Shown: one piece after another, positions 17,970 through 27,653 of the stretch
Layout of the letters: every line of letters begins with the position of its first letter
How positions within the stretch are numbered: position 1 is the first letter of the stretch
DNA from: Candidatus Hydrogenedentota bacterium
Lineage (GTDB): Bacteria > Hydrogenedentota > Hydrogenedentia > Hydrogenedentales > SLHB01
Reading direction: 5' to 3'
Assembly (NCBI GenBank): GCA_045863295.1
Contig: BTWA01000004.1
Span: forward strand, 192,001 to 256,000
DNA: 64,000 nucleotides
Translations under genes and position numbers: made by a program
The notes under the pieces: model-generated
Seen by the model: only the letters and a program-made list of their open reading frames with translations
What the model was told of the DNA's origin: nothing
Database searches by the model: none

Positions 17970-18013
17970 ATGGTATTCAAACCCACAACCTTTTGTCAAG
18001 CTTGTACTTGACA
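17970..18013 (-). promoter_or_regulatory. sigma70 promoter of the small gene with an overlapping palindrome
   Basis: TTGACA(17999-17994)-18 nt-TACCAT(17975-17970); inverted repeat TGTCAAG-N6-CTTGACA at 17994-18013. Confidence 0.55.
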
Positions 18014-18419
18014 CGGCATCGACCACGTGGCCAACACCGGAGCGGGCCTACACGAGAAACAAACCTCCCAGGATCCATTGCAGTATGGAAAACCCGAATG
18101 TAATGGCATAGTAAAAAATGACAAACGGGTTGAAGAGGACCAACGGATCGTAAATCACCTTTGGGCTTCTCCCTTATCGCCAAGCCCCGGCTTACGCCGA
18201 CGCAATTGGCCAACCCATTGACATCAAACCATTTGCAATACGAAAGGGGGCTTGATTCAAGACCGCTCTTTCACTTCCCACGATGAGCCGCCATCTTACA
18301 GCCTCCCTCAAACGATGTCAAGGAAACCCACTTACGGCTCTCGTCTTCAACACCTTCCGGAACGTCGCCGGAATCATAGCCACCATTCGAATCACAGTAC
18401 AGACGGAACCGCACGGATG

Positions 18420-20363
18420 TTACATGCGGTCCTTCAAACGGGATACATTCGTGTCGCCGGGTATCTCGGCGAGCCTGCGGCCGGCTTCGTTGGCAATGAG
18501 CAAGACTTGCCGCCGACCGACTGACTGCTCGCCTAGAATGGGCAACGACTTCAACGAAGGGTCTATGGCCAACATCCAGCGCCAGTCGTTATCCTGAACG
18601 AACATGAATGCCGGCTCCTCGCCTTGGAAGCCGGCGAAAAACTCCCCGGCCCACTGGGTGATCGCGGTAACGAACTGGTCCGCGACGGCGGTTTTTGACC
18701 GCGCCAGGGGCATGACCATTTCTACGGCCTTGCGCAACGATTTGAGTTCCTCCTCCGAGATGGCCGCGAGTTGCGCCACCTTTACGCGGTCCACGGCGCT
18801 CCGGAAACCGGCCGCCACCAGAGCCGCCTGGGTCTCCACCTCTTCATGGGTTAATCCCTCTACATCAAAATCGGGAAAATCCTCCACAAGGACCGGCTCG
18901 TGGAAGCGGTGTGCATAGAAGACATATTCCTCACGCGAGAACCCCAGGGAATAAAGCTTGAAGTCCTCTTCCGCCAAGGCCAATTCCCTTACGGGCGCGC
19001 AGAATCCCTTGGCGGATTTCCACTGGTCAATCACCGGAAAGACAAAGAGAGCGGCCATCAGTGCCAATCCCGCGAAGTGACCTGCAACGCCAAAGGGCAC
19101 CTTGCGGCCTTCCGCGCGCCAGCACCGGAGCGCAGCGTCGATGGCAAACCCCGCAGCGCATAGGCAAAACACTAGAATACCCGGCCCCCAAAGAGAGCCG
19201 TATTCGGGGCGAATATGGAACATAATTGCATAGGGCAAGATGGCCAGAAGTAACAGGCACAACGTCCACACGACGCCCACGGTACGCCTAATCCAGGCAG
19301 CCCACGCCAAATCGACAAGTTCCTCGACACTCAACGCGATAAGAATGGCGATGGCGGGATGTATGGGCAACAGGTAGATCGCTCTTTTGCCCGAGCTGAT
19401 GCTGAAAAACACGATGGCCGGCAATATCCAAGCGAGCAAAAAACGGATCATCGCTCCGTCTTTCCTGTGCTTATAGGTCCAGTAGACGGTCCACGGGACA
19501 AAAAGAGTCCAGGGGAAGAAATCGGCGGGTAATTCGACGAGATAGTACCATGGCGGTTGGGCCTTACTGACGCCGAGCACGAACCGGCCGATGATCTGCC
19601 GGTATAGATTCTCGCCGATACCCGAACTGACGGCTTCCGTCACTTCGCCGGCGCCCATGATTCGAGAGGGAATGAACCATGCGGCGACGATTGCAATGGA
19701 CGCGAGCAATCCGAAAACCCAATGCAGATTCTTGCGCTTATCACGTTGCTTCCAGTGAAACGCAAAAATGAGCAACAACGGAAACACGAGCGCGGGCGGC
19801 CCTTTGGCGAGCAAACCGGCACCGATCATGCCATAAAACAAGGCCAGCCATCCGCGTTTGCCGTCTTCGTGATGTCTCCAGAACGCATACAGGGCCACCA
19901 TAAGACAGGCGGTGAGCACCATGTCGATCTGGGCGGTTCTCGCCTGCCACCAGAATCGCGCGGCGGTCATCAGCACCACCGTGGCCATAAGTGCCGCACG
20001 AGTCCCCGCCATGCGCGCGGCGAGCTGAAAGGTGAAGTACAACGTGATCAACGCGGCGGCAATGGAGGGCACTCGCGCCGTGAATTCGGATACGTCTCCA
20101 AATGGCAACGATGCGAGCGCGATAAGCCAGAAAAACAGTGGCGGCTTCTCCATATACGGCTGGCCGTTAACGTGGAGCACGAGCCAGTCCCCGGACTGGA
20201 GAATTTCCCGGGCGACCTGCCCGAATCGGGGTTCGTCTGCTGGCCAGAGGGCATAACCGCCCACGTTTGCCGAGAAGAGCATGGTAGCCACGATCAGCAC
20301 GGCCGCAAGCGAAACAAATCGGGCGTTCAGGGAAAGCCCCGGATTCTGAATTGGCGCACTCAT
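18420..20363 (-). CDS. ArnT-like GT-C (PMT/GT83-type) undecaprenyl-sugar transferase
   Basis: DEPRFGQVAREI, YMEKPPLFFW, ARVPS, LAKGP, KRAIYLLP; multi-TM; ATGA overlap with the upstream gene. Confidence 0.88.
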   Translation of the reverse strand: MSAPIQNPGLSLNARFVSLAAVLIVATMLFSANVGGYALWPADEPRFGQVAREILQSGDWLVLHVNGQPYMEKPPLFFWLIALASLPFGDVSEFTARVPSIAAALITLYFTFQLAARMAGTRAALMATVVLMTAARFWWQARTAQIDMVLTACLMVALYAFWRHHEDGKRGWLALFYGMIGAGLLAKGPPALVFPLLLIFAFHWKQRDKRKNLHWVFGLLASIAIVAAWFIPSRIMGAGEVTEAVSSGIGENLYRQIIGRFVLGVSKAQPPWYYLVELPADFFPWTLFVPWTVYWTYKHRKDGAMIRFLLAWILPAIVFFSISSGKRAIYLLPIHPAIAILIALSVEELVDLAWAAWIRRTVGVVWTLCLLLLAILPYAIMFHIRPEYGSLWGPGILVFCLCAAGFAIDAALRCWRAEGRKVPFGVAGHFAGLALMAALFVFPVIDQWKSAKGFCAPVRELALAEEDFKLYSLGFSREEYVFYAHRFHEPVLVEDFPDFDVEGLTHEEVETQAALVAAGFRSAVDRVKVAQLAAISEEELKSLRKAVEMVMPLARSKTAVADQFVTAITQWAGEFFAGFQGEEPAFMFVQDNDWRWMLAIDPSLKSLPILGEQSVGRRQVLLIANEAGRRLAEIPGDTNVSRLKDRM

Positions 20364-21067
20364 GTCAGATTCGTCTGGTTTTGCGCCGCGGCTGGATTGG
20401 CGTGAATGAACCACAGATTGCGGATGTAGACGAGTACGTTGGCCATCATGCCCACGGCGAAGATCCATTCCTTGCCGCCGCGCTGAACGAAACAGCCCAA
20501 CATAAGGGCGCTGGCCACAATACTGAGATACCAGAACGATTCGGGAATGACGCTCTTGCGCTGACGTTCGGTGGCAATCCACTGTACGAGAAACCGGCAC
20601 GCGAACAAGGCTTGGCCCAGAAGGCCCACGGCCAGCCATATCCAAGTGGTCTGGGCTTCGCTTGCGGGGGCCGCGGCGTTTCGATGCCATTCGCCGAGCC
20701 ATACCGCCCCCAGGAACGCAAGCGAAATCACGGCGATGACGGCAACCAGCAGGTGAATGGTCCAGTACCGAAATGCGGTCAGGGTTCCCCGTTCACGCCA
20801 GATGTGCACGAGATTCCGGGAGTAAATAAGGATGTTAAGGCTTTGGCTTAACGTGCCCAGCGGCGACTGACTGTGCACGCCGAACGCGAGGAGCAAGACC
20901 GAGCCCACACTGCTCATATACCAGAATGAAATCGGAAACACGCTCTGTTTGCGGCGTTCCGAAACCCACCATTGGACATAGAAACGGCCGTAAAATAGCG
21001 CCCCACCAATCACGCCCACGGTTATCCAGACGGCCTCCATGGGAGACCCGGGAATCAAATCATTCAC
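20360..21067 (-). CDS. Lipid A biosynthesis N-terminal (LAB_N) double-domain membrane protein
   Basis: Two repeats: GRFYVQWWVSERRKQSVFPISFWYMS and CRFLVQWIATERQRKSVIPESFWYLS. Confidence 0.88.
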   Translation of the reverse strand: MNDLIPGSPMEAVWITVGVIGGALFYGRFYVQWWVSERRKQSVFPISFWYMSSVGSVLLLAFGVHSQSPLGTLSQSLNILIYSRNLVHIWRERGTLTAFRYWTIHLLVAVIAVISLAFLGAVWLGEWHRNAAAPASEAQTTWIWLAVGLLGQALFACRFLVQWIATERQRKSVIPESFWYLSIVASALMLGCFVQRGGKEWIFAVGMMANVLVYIRNLWFIHANPAAAQNQTNLT

Positions 21068-21786
21068 GGAACTTCTTCCCCTTCAACCGCGATTACCACA
21101 TAGCGTTTACGCAGCCAGCCCACTCCAACCAAGTCGTAGAGTCCGCGCCACAGGCGATTGCCAATGCCGTATTTGGATTGGCCATGAATGCGCGGATGAT
21201 GCGTGACCGGACATTCGGCAATGGTAAACCCGGCATTGCGCATCAGTACGGCGATGAACCGGTGCACGCCATTGAAGGCCACCACATGTTCAATGCACTT
21301 TCGCCGGTACGCCTTGCTGCCGCAACCCGAATCTCGGATGCCGTCGTGCAGGATGGCATTGCGGACAGCATTGGCAATTCGGCTCGACGCCTTGCGGACA
21401 AGCGAATCATTTCGCTGAGCCCGGAAACCGCACACGCAATCAAACTCCTGCAACAGCTCCAGCATTCGCGGAAAGTCACAGGGATCGTTCTGCAAATCGC
21501 CGTCGAGCGTGAGGATGTAATCCCCATGGGCTCGCCGCATGCCGGCCACCATCGCGGCGGATTGTCCCGAATTGCGCACCAGGTGGATGGCCCGTACGCG
21601 TGGGTTCGCCGCCTGTGCGGCTACAAGTCTCTCGCGGGTTTCGTCGGAACTTCCGTCGTTTACAAACACGCATTCGTAATCGTACTGCGGAAGCGACTCG
21701 AACACCGCGGCGATTTGCGACGCCAGCGGCTGCACATTGTCTTCTTCGTTGAAAAACGGAACTACCACGGATACCAAAGGCTTCAT
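21064..21786 (-). CDS. GT2 polyprenol-phosphate glycosyltransferase (ArnC/DPM-like)
   Basis: VVPFFNEEDN, NDGSSD, NSGQSAA, TLDGDLQNDP, DSGCGSK, HRFI, GQSKYG. Confidence 0.92.
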   Translation of the reverse strand: MKPLVSVVVPFFNEEDNVQPLASQIAAVFESLPQYDYECVFVNDGSSDETRERLVAAQAANPRVRAIHLVRNSGQSAAMVAGMRRAHGDYILTLDGDLQNDPCDFPRMLELLQEFDCVCGFRAQRNDSLVRKASSRIANAVRNAILHDGIRDSGCGSKAYRRKCIEHVVAFNGVHRFIAVLMRNAGFTIAECPVTHHPRIHGQSKYGIGNRLWRGLYDLVGVGWLRKRYVVIAVEGEEVP

Positions 21787-21900
21787 GAAATCATTATCCC
21801 GCGGAAAAAGGCCCCGGATCCCGGGAAGTCTGGTCTGGCGCGCATAACTGGATGGCGCGGACAGGTTGCATACCGGGCAGGAGTATACATGAGCCCTGGG

Positions 21901-23331
21901 TCAGCTTTCCTTAAATTCAGCGACCAAACCGGAAATAGTGGCTTTGGCGTCGCCGAAAATCATGCGCGTGTTTTCTTTGAAGAACAACGGGTTGTCAATC
22001 CCTGCAAACCCGGAGGCCATGGATCGCTTGAGCACGAAGACACTCTTGGCCAGATCGACATTGATAATGGGCATACCGTAAATCGGGCTGCCTTCGTCTT
22101 CCCGCGCGGCCGGGTTGACTACGTCGTTCGCACCGATAACCACCGCCACGTCCACGGTATCGATCGTGCGGTTGATATCGTCCATTTCGACGAGCTGCTC
22201 ATAAGGCACATTGGCCTCGGCAAGCAGGACGTTCATATGCCCCGGCATGCGGCCAGCCACGGGGTGAATGGCGTATTTCACTTCCGCGCCGTTCGTCTCC
22301 AGGATGTTGCCCAACTCGCGAACGACATGCTGCGCCTGGGCCACGGCCATGCCGTACCCCGGAACGAAAATGACCGATCGCGCCGCTTCCAACACGTAGT
22401 ACGCGTCTTGCACGCTCATGGCCTTGGCTTCGCCCTGCTGTGCCGAGGAAGCTTTCGATGTCGTGCCGGATCCAAAACCGCTGAACAACACGTTCGACAA
22501 GGACCGGTTCATCGCCTTGCACATAATCATGGTGAGGATAATGCCGCTCGCACCCACCAGCGAACCGGACACGATGAGCACCGTGTTCAAGATGACGAAA
22601 CCGGCGGCGCAGGCCGCCAGACCGGAGTAGCTATTCAACAACGAAATGACGACAGGCATGTCGGCGCCGCCGATTGGCACGGTGGCCATCACACCGAGAA
22701 TCAACGACAACACGCAGGCCACCACGAACGCCGGCCACATGGTCACGGGGTCCATGATAAAGAGAATGCCGCTAGCCACCGTCGCCAGGACGAGCAGGCC
22801 ATTCACAATCTGCTGGCCCTTAAAGAGAAACGGTTTGCCTGAAATGCGTTCGGCCAGTTTCGCATACGCGATCATGCTGCCCGTGAACGTGACCGCGCCA
22901 ATCAACGCGGCCAAATAGATGCTCGTGGCGGTAAACCACTCCGCCGGCGGCTCGCTAACGAGCGTGGATTTCAACACCATGAGTTCGCCCGACATCCAAT
23001 GGCTGCGGTTGTTCATGTATTCGGCGCACGCCACCAAAAGACTTGCGAGGCCGCCGAACCCGTTAAAAAGGGCAACGAACTCCGGCATGCTGGTCATGGG
23101 CACACGATAGGCCGACACCGCGCCAATGACGGTGCCGATAAGCGCGCCGACGATGATCCAATGATACGAAATAATGTTCTGATCGAGCAGCGTGACCACG
23201 ATGGCAATCAACATGCCGACACCGGAGATCAGGTTGCCCTTTCGCGCCGTCGCGGCCGAACTCAAGTATTTCAGACCGTAAATGAACAGAACCGAAGATA
23301 CGATATAGCTGAGTGTGATAACGCTGCTCAC
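21901..23331 (-). CDS. pntB: NAD(P) transhydrogenase beta subunit
   Basis: MTSMPEFVALFNGFGG, GGADMPVVISLLNSYSG, HPVAGRMPGHMNVLLAEA, GANDVVNP; GTG start overlapping the upstream stop. Confidence 0.97.
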   Translation of the reverse strand: MSSVITLSYIVSSVLFIYGLKYLSSAATARKGNLISGVGMLIAIVVTLLDQNIISYHWIIVGALIGTVIGAVSAYRVPMTSMPEFVALFNGFGGLASLLVACAEYMNNRSHWMSGELMVLKSTLVSEPPAEWFTATSIYLAALIGAVTFTGSMIAYAKLAERISGKPFLFKGQQIVNGLLVLATVASGILFIMDPVTMWPAFVVACVLSLILGVMATVPIGGADMPVVISLLNSYSGLAACAAGFVILNTVLIVSGSLVGASGIILTMIMCKAMNRSLSNVLFSGFGSGTTSKASSAQQGEAKAMSVQDAYYVLEAARSVIFVPGYGMAVAQAQHVVRELGNILETNGAEVKYAIHPVAGRMPGHMNVLLAEANVPYEQLVEMDDINRTIDTVDVAVVIGANDVVNPAAREDEGSPIYGMPIINVDLAKSVFVLKRSMASGFAGIDNPLFFKENTRMIFGDAKATISGLVAEFKES

Positions 23332-23618
23332 GGCTTGTTCCCCTGCTGTTTGCTGGTGAACATGCCGAGCATGCGATCCGTCACGAGGTAACCGCCGACC
23401 ACGTTGATCATCGCGAATGCGACGGCGGCCGTCCCGAACGCTACACTCAACCAATGCCCTTCGGTAGCCCCCGCGGCGATGAGCGAACCCACAATGGTGA
23501 TGCCCGAAATGGCGTTCGATCCCGACATCAACGGCGTGTGCAGTTGGGACGGAACCTTGGATATCAATTCGACGCCCAAGAAGATCGCCAGCACGAATGT
23601 GAACAATAGCAGTATCAT
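23328..23618 (-). CDS. pntA: NAD(P) transhydrogenase alpha subunit part 2 (membrane)
   Basis: LHTPLMSGSNAISG, NVVGGYLVTDRMLGMF. Confidence 0.95.
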   Translation of the reverse strand: MILLLFTFVLAIFLGVELISKVPSQLHTPLMSGSNAISGITIVGSLIAAGATEGHWLSVAFGTAAVAFAMINVVGGYLVTDRMLGMFTSKQQGNKP

Positions 23619-23636
23619 GGATAGACTAGCCCCCGA

Positions 23637-24794
23637 TTATATCTTGGCGGCCGGTTCGGCCAGCCCGTAGGTTTTTCGAATCATGGGATGGCGCACGTTG
23701 CCCGCGTGAGTCACAAGGCATCCATCGATAATTTCGTCGCCTATTTTCAGACTGAACACTTTTGCGTCCTTGTCCCAAAATTCTTCGACGAGATTCCCCA
23801 GATTGGCGGAATACATTTGACTCGCATGGACGGGCACACGTCCCTCGAGATTGCTTGTTCCCACAACCTTTACGCCGTTGATATCCGCGACTTCGTCGAG
23901 TCGCACGCCTTCGACGTTTCCGCCGGTCTCGACGGCCAGATCGACTATGACGCTGCCAGGCCGCATCCCGGCAACCATTTCCCGCGTAACCAGCGTAGGC
24001 GCCTTGCGCCCAAATAGCTTCGCCGTGGTAATGACAACGTCGGACTGGGCGCAAATTTTCGCCATGCCTTCGCGTTGCCGTTGCTGCTGCTCCGGCGTAA
24101 GTTCCTTGGCATAACCGTCCTTGGTCTGGCCGGTCTCGCCCAGATCGATTTTGACGAATTTGGCGCCGAGCGAGTGTACTTGTTCTTCAACAACAGGGCG
24201 CGTGTCGAATGCGTCCACTCGCGCCCCGAGCCGTTTTGCTGTCGCGATGGCCTGCAGCCCGGCCACGCCCGCGCCGATGATGAAAACACGGGCGGGTTTC
24301 AATGTACCCGCGGGGGTCATCATCATGGGAAAGGCCATATCCAGGGTGTTGGCCGCGATAATCACCGCGGCGTAGCCGGCCAGGTTGGCTTGGGAACTCA
24401 GCGCATCCATCTTCTGCGCCCGGGTGGTGCGGGGAATCATTTCCATGCTGATGGCACTCACGCCGCGCAAAGCGAGGGTCTCGACCAACGCACGTTCATT
24501 GAACGGATCGAGAAAGCTGACATGGATACTGCCGGATTTGAGTAGGTTTATTTCGTCCGCCGGCGGTTTGCGCAGGCGCAAGACCAAATCCGCATCGCCC
24601 AGCAAGGATTCGCGATCGGCCCGGATGGAAGCGCCTGCACTCTCGTACGCGCTGTCCGGTACGTGGATGGCCCCCCCAACACCTTTTTCCACGGCAATGA
24701 CGGCGCCTTTTTTTACTAACCGGTTTACTGTTTCGGGAATTATGGGAACTCGAGTCTCCCCGGGATGGGTCTCTTTCGGTACGGCAATCAACAT
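23637..24794 (-). CDS. pntA: NAD(P) transhydrogenase alpha subunit part 1 (NAD-binding)
   Basis: PKETHPGETRV, RAQKMDALSSQ, GAGVAGLQA, DLAVETGGN. Confidence 0.95.
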   Translation of the reverse strand: MLIAVPKETHPGETRVPIIPETVNRLVKKGAVIAVEKGVGGAIHVPDSAYESAGASIRADRESLLGDADLVLRLRKPPADEINLLKSGSIHVSFLDPFNERALVETLALRGVSAISMEMIPRTTRAQKMDALSSQANLAGYAAVIIAANTLDMAFPMMMTPAGTLKPARVFIIGAGVAGLQAIATAKRLGARVDAFDTRPVVEEQVHSLGAKFVKIDLGETGQTKDGYAKELTPEQQQRQREGMAKICAQSDVVITTAKLFGRKAPTLVTREMVAGMRPGSVIVDLAVETGGNVEGVRLDEVADINGVKVVGTSNLEGRVPVHASQMYSANLGNLVEEFWDKDAKVFSLKIGDEIIDGCLVTHAGNVRHPMIRKTYGLAEPAAKI

Positions 24795-24904
24795 GACACC
24801 CCCTGGAACCTGTCGCGGTAATCCGCGAAAACGCAAAGTTACCGGAGATTATAGGCCTATGTGCTGAAAACCTCAAAAATCGCGGGGAAAACGAGATTCG
24901 GAAT

Positions 24905-26284
24905 CTATTTTCCAATGCAGAACGAGCTGAAGATTCGGGTCAGAATATCGTCGGAAGTCGTTTCGCCCGTTATCTCTCCAAGGGCATCGAGGGCCTCCCG
25001 GAGATCAATGCTGAGGAATTCCGGGGACGACTGAAAATTGGCCAGGCATTGGGTGAGGGCGGCGGCGGCCCGGCGCAGACTGTCCCGTTGGTGCATGCGG
25101 GTGATGAGGCCTTGATCGGGGGAAATGGCGCCTTCTTTCACCAGGAGCGAACCCAACACGTGTTCGAGTTCGGTGAGCCCTTCCCCGTTGCGCGCGGAAA
25201 GGCGCACAGCCCCGTCGAATTTCGTTGACCATGCTGGCCAGGCAGCGTCCGGGACAATGTCGCTTTTGTTCAGCACAAGTACCGCGGGAATGGCTAGATC
25301 GGAAATTTCGGCCGCGAGCGCCGTGTCCTCGTCTGTCACGGGTTTCGACGCATCCAGCAGCAGAAATACGGCATCCGCGGTATGCAGCGCGCCGCGTGCG
25401 CGTTCAATGCCGATTTGCTCGACTTCGTCATCCGTCGACCGCAGACCTGCCGTGTCCGACACGCGGACGGGTATGCCCTGAATGGTGATAACTTCCTCAA
25501 GTATGTCGCGCGTGGTGCCGGGTTGGCTGGTGACGATGGCGCGTGCATCGCGCAAGAGCGCGTTGAAGAGACTCGACTTGCCGACATTGGGGCGGCCGAC
25601 GATGGCCAATCGGGCGCCTTCGCGGTAGAGCCGGCCGGTTTCGGCGGTTGCGAGAAGTGCCAGCATGGATTCGCGGGCGGATTCGATCTGTCGCCGTAAT
25701 GATTCATCGACCAGGTCGGGTACGTCCTCTTCTGGAAAATCGATGGCAGATTCGACGCGAGCCAGTGCATCGCCAAGTGTTTGATTCAGTTCTTGGATGG
25801 CTTTGGATAGCGCGCCCCCGGCAGCGGCATGCGCTGCGCGCAATGCGGCACGCGTCTGGGCCTGAATGCGGTCGATGACGGCTTCCGCCTGGATCAAATC
25901 GATACGGCCATTGAGGAACGCCCGTTTGGTGAATTCGCCGGGCTCGGCAAGCCGCGCGCCATGAAGCAGGGTAAGTTCAAGGATTGCGTTCAGCGGCCCC
26001 GGGCCGCCGTGCGCGTTAATTTCGACTACGTCTTCGCGCGTGTAACTATGGGGTGCACGCATGATGTGCAGCAGGACTTCATCCACGGGTCCGGATGCAT
26101 CATGGACAACGCCATAAAAGATGCGGCCGCGACCCGATAATGGGTCGCGGCCGCGTGAGGATTGAAACAAAGCAGCCGCGATGGCAATGGCACGAGGTCC
26201 ACTCAGGCGAACGATGCCAATGCCGCCTTCCCCCGGAGGGGTCGAAATTGCGGCAATCGTGTCTTCAACCGGTGGTCGCTTCAC
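24905..26284 (-). CDS. mnmE: tRNA modification GTPase MnmE
   Basis: DTIAAISTPPGEGGIGIVRLSG, GRPNVGKS, GTTRD, DTAG, NKSD, C-terminal FCIGK. Confidence 0.97.
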   Translation of the reverse strand: MKRPPVEDTIAAISTPPGEGGIGIVRLSGPRAIAIAAALFQSSRGRDPLSGRGRIFYGVVHDASGPVDEVLLHIMRAPHSYTREDVVEINAHGGPGPLNAILELTLLHGARLAEPGEFTKRAFLNGRIDLIQAEAVIDRIQAQTRAALRAAHAAAGGALSKAIQELNQTLGDALARVESAIDFPEEDVPDLVDESLRRQIESARESMLALLATAETGRLYREGARLAIVGRPNVGKSSLFNALLRDARAIVTSQPGTTRDILEEVITIQGIPVRVSDTAGLRSTDDEVEQIGIERARGALHTADAVFLLLDASKPVTDEDTALAAEISDLAIPAVLVLNKSDIVPDAAWPAWSTKFDGAVRLSARNGEGLTELEHVLGSLLVKEGAISPDQGLITRMHQRDSLRRAAAALTQCLANFQSSPEFLSIDLREALDALGEITGETTSDDILTRIFSSFCIGK

Positions 26285-27434
26285 TTGGCTCCGACGGCGC
26301 CTCGCGGTTGTAGTTTCCTCCACCATTGGGTCCGTTGTAGCCGCGTCCTCTACCGCGTCCGCCGCGATGACGGCCGCCGCGACCGCCACGGTGCCGGTCG
26401 GAGGCGCCTCGGTCGGAGGATTGCGGCCGTTCATTCTTCGGGGCGATGACGACGCTTCGGATGGGCGAGTCGCCCACGCTGAACGTACGGACTTCGGGAT
26501 CTTCCTGCAAGGTCAGGTGGATAATGCGGCGTTCTTGCGGGCTCAACGGTTTGACGCGAACTCTGCGCCCGCTCTCCTTGGCGCGTTCGGCCATGCGCAA
26601 CGCCAGATCTTGCAGGGCCTCCTGGCGGCGTTCGAGGTAGTTCTCGATGTCCACCACCATTCGATCGTCTTCCCCTTCCTCGGCCCGTCGAATCATCCGA
26701 TTGATGAGGTATTGCATGGCGGACAGCGTCTTGCCCTTGCGGCCAATAAGGATGGCGGAATCTTCGGACTCCACGCCGAGGCAGGTGGTGCCGTCGTCCG
26801 TCTTTTTGCAGGTGACGGTGGCGGCGATTCCCATGCGGGAAATCAGTTCCTGCAGCAGCGCGGCGGCCTCGCGATCGCGCTCGTCTATCTCGCGATTGAC
26901 GGGCTTGGCCACCGGCGCCGGGCGTTCGGGCCGGGCCGGTCGTTCCGGCCGGGGCTGGTCCTGATTTCGAGTATCGGATCGCTGGGCTTGCCGATCGTTT
27001 CGATCGCGGCGGGGTTCCTCGTTGCGAGGTTGCGCCGGGCGGGCTTCCCTCCTGGGTTCCTGGCGATTGCCTTCCCGGGGGGCCTGCGGCGCCTGGGCGC
27101 GTGGAGGCTCCTGTCCGCCGCGCTTTTCCGGTTCCGGGCGCGGGCCGCGCCGATTCCGGTCTTGATGCCGGTCGCGGTTGCCACGATTCCGGTTTTCCGG
27201 GCTGATGGGCCTGGGCGCCGATACAAACTCCACTTCATCGTCGAACGATTCGCGTTCTCCGCCGGATTCGACCGTGACGCGCACGGTCCAGTTGCGCGCG
27301 CCAAAACCGAGGAATCCGGCGCTTCCCTCGCTTACCACTTCCACGGCGATTTCGTGCCGTTCGGCCTTGAGTTTGGCGAGGGCGACCTCAATGGCCTCTT
27401 CGCGCGTTTTCGCGCTGACTTCAACCGATCGCAT
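26265..27434 (-). CDS. jag: Jag/EloR (KhpB) RNA-binding protein
   Basis: Jag_N (SAKTREEAIE...GFLGFG), KH (LIGRKGKTL), R3H (ERRIIH), with a long R/P/Q-rich linker. Confidence 0.93.
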   Translation of the reverse strand: MRSVEVSAKTREEAIEVALAKLKAERHEIAVEVVSEGSAGFLGFGARNWTVRVTVESGGERESFDDEVEFVSAPRPISPENRNRGNRDRHQDRNRRGPRPEPEKRGGQEPPRAQAPQAPREGNRQEPRREARPAQPRNEEPRRDRNDRQAQRSDTRNQDQPRPERPARPERPAPVAKPVNREIDERDREAAALLQELISRMGIAATVTCKKTDDGTTCLGVESEDSAILIGRKGKTLSAMQYLINRMIRRAEEGEDDRMVVDIENYLERRQEALQDLALRMAERAKESGRRVRVKPLSPQERRIIHLTLQEDPEVRTFSVGDSPIRSVVIAPKNERPQSSDRGASDRHRGGRGGRHRGGRGRGRGYNGPNGGGNYNREAPSEPSEATTG

Positions 27435-27653
27435 TCGATGTTGCCTCCTTCGATGTATCTCGCTGTATGCGACGCGATCGGGCATCCAAAACATACTTGG
27501 GCGCGCTGTGCCGACCTGATGCAACGGCCGCCGGGTCATGGGGTACTGCTTGTAGTGACCGATTCCGTTTGGATGCCGTCTCCCTGAATAGGATCCGTAA
27601 ATCCGCTGATGCGGTATGTGAACCGCCGGCGATTGGGTGTGGCGCCGAGGCGG

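Noticed and set aside
20926..22842. 638-aa plus-strand ORF (similarly 52520-53827, 55050-56750, 26181-27587, 57703-58701, 45619-46497)
   Set aside because: Antisense shadows of well-supported genes in high-GC DNA; no motifs of their own.
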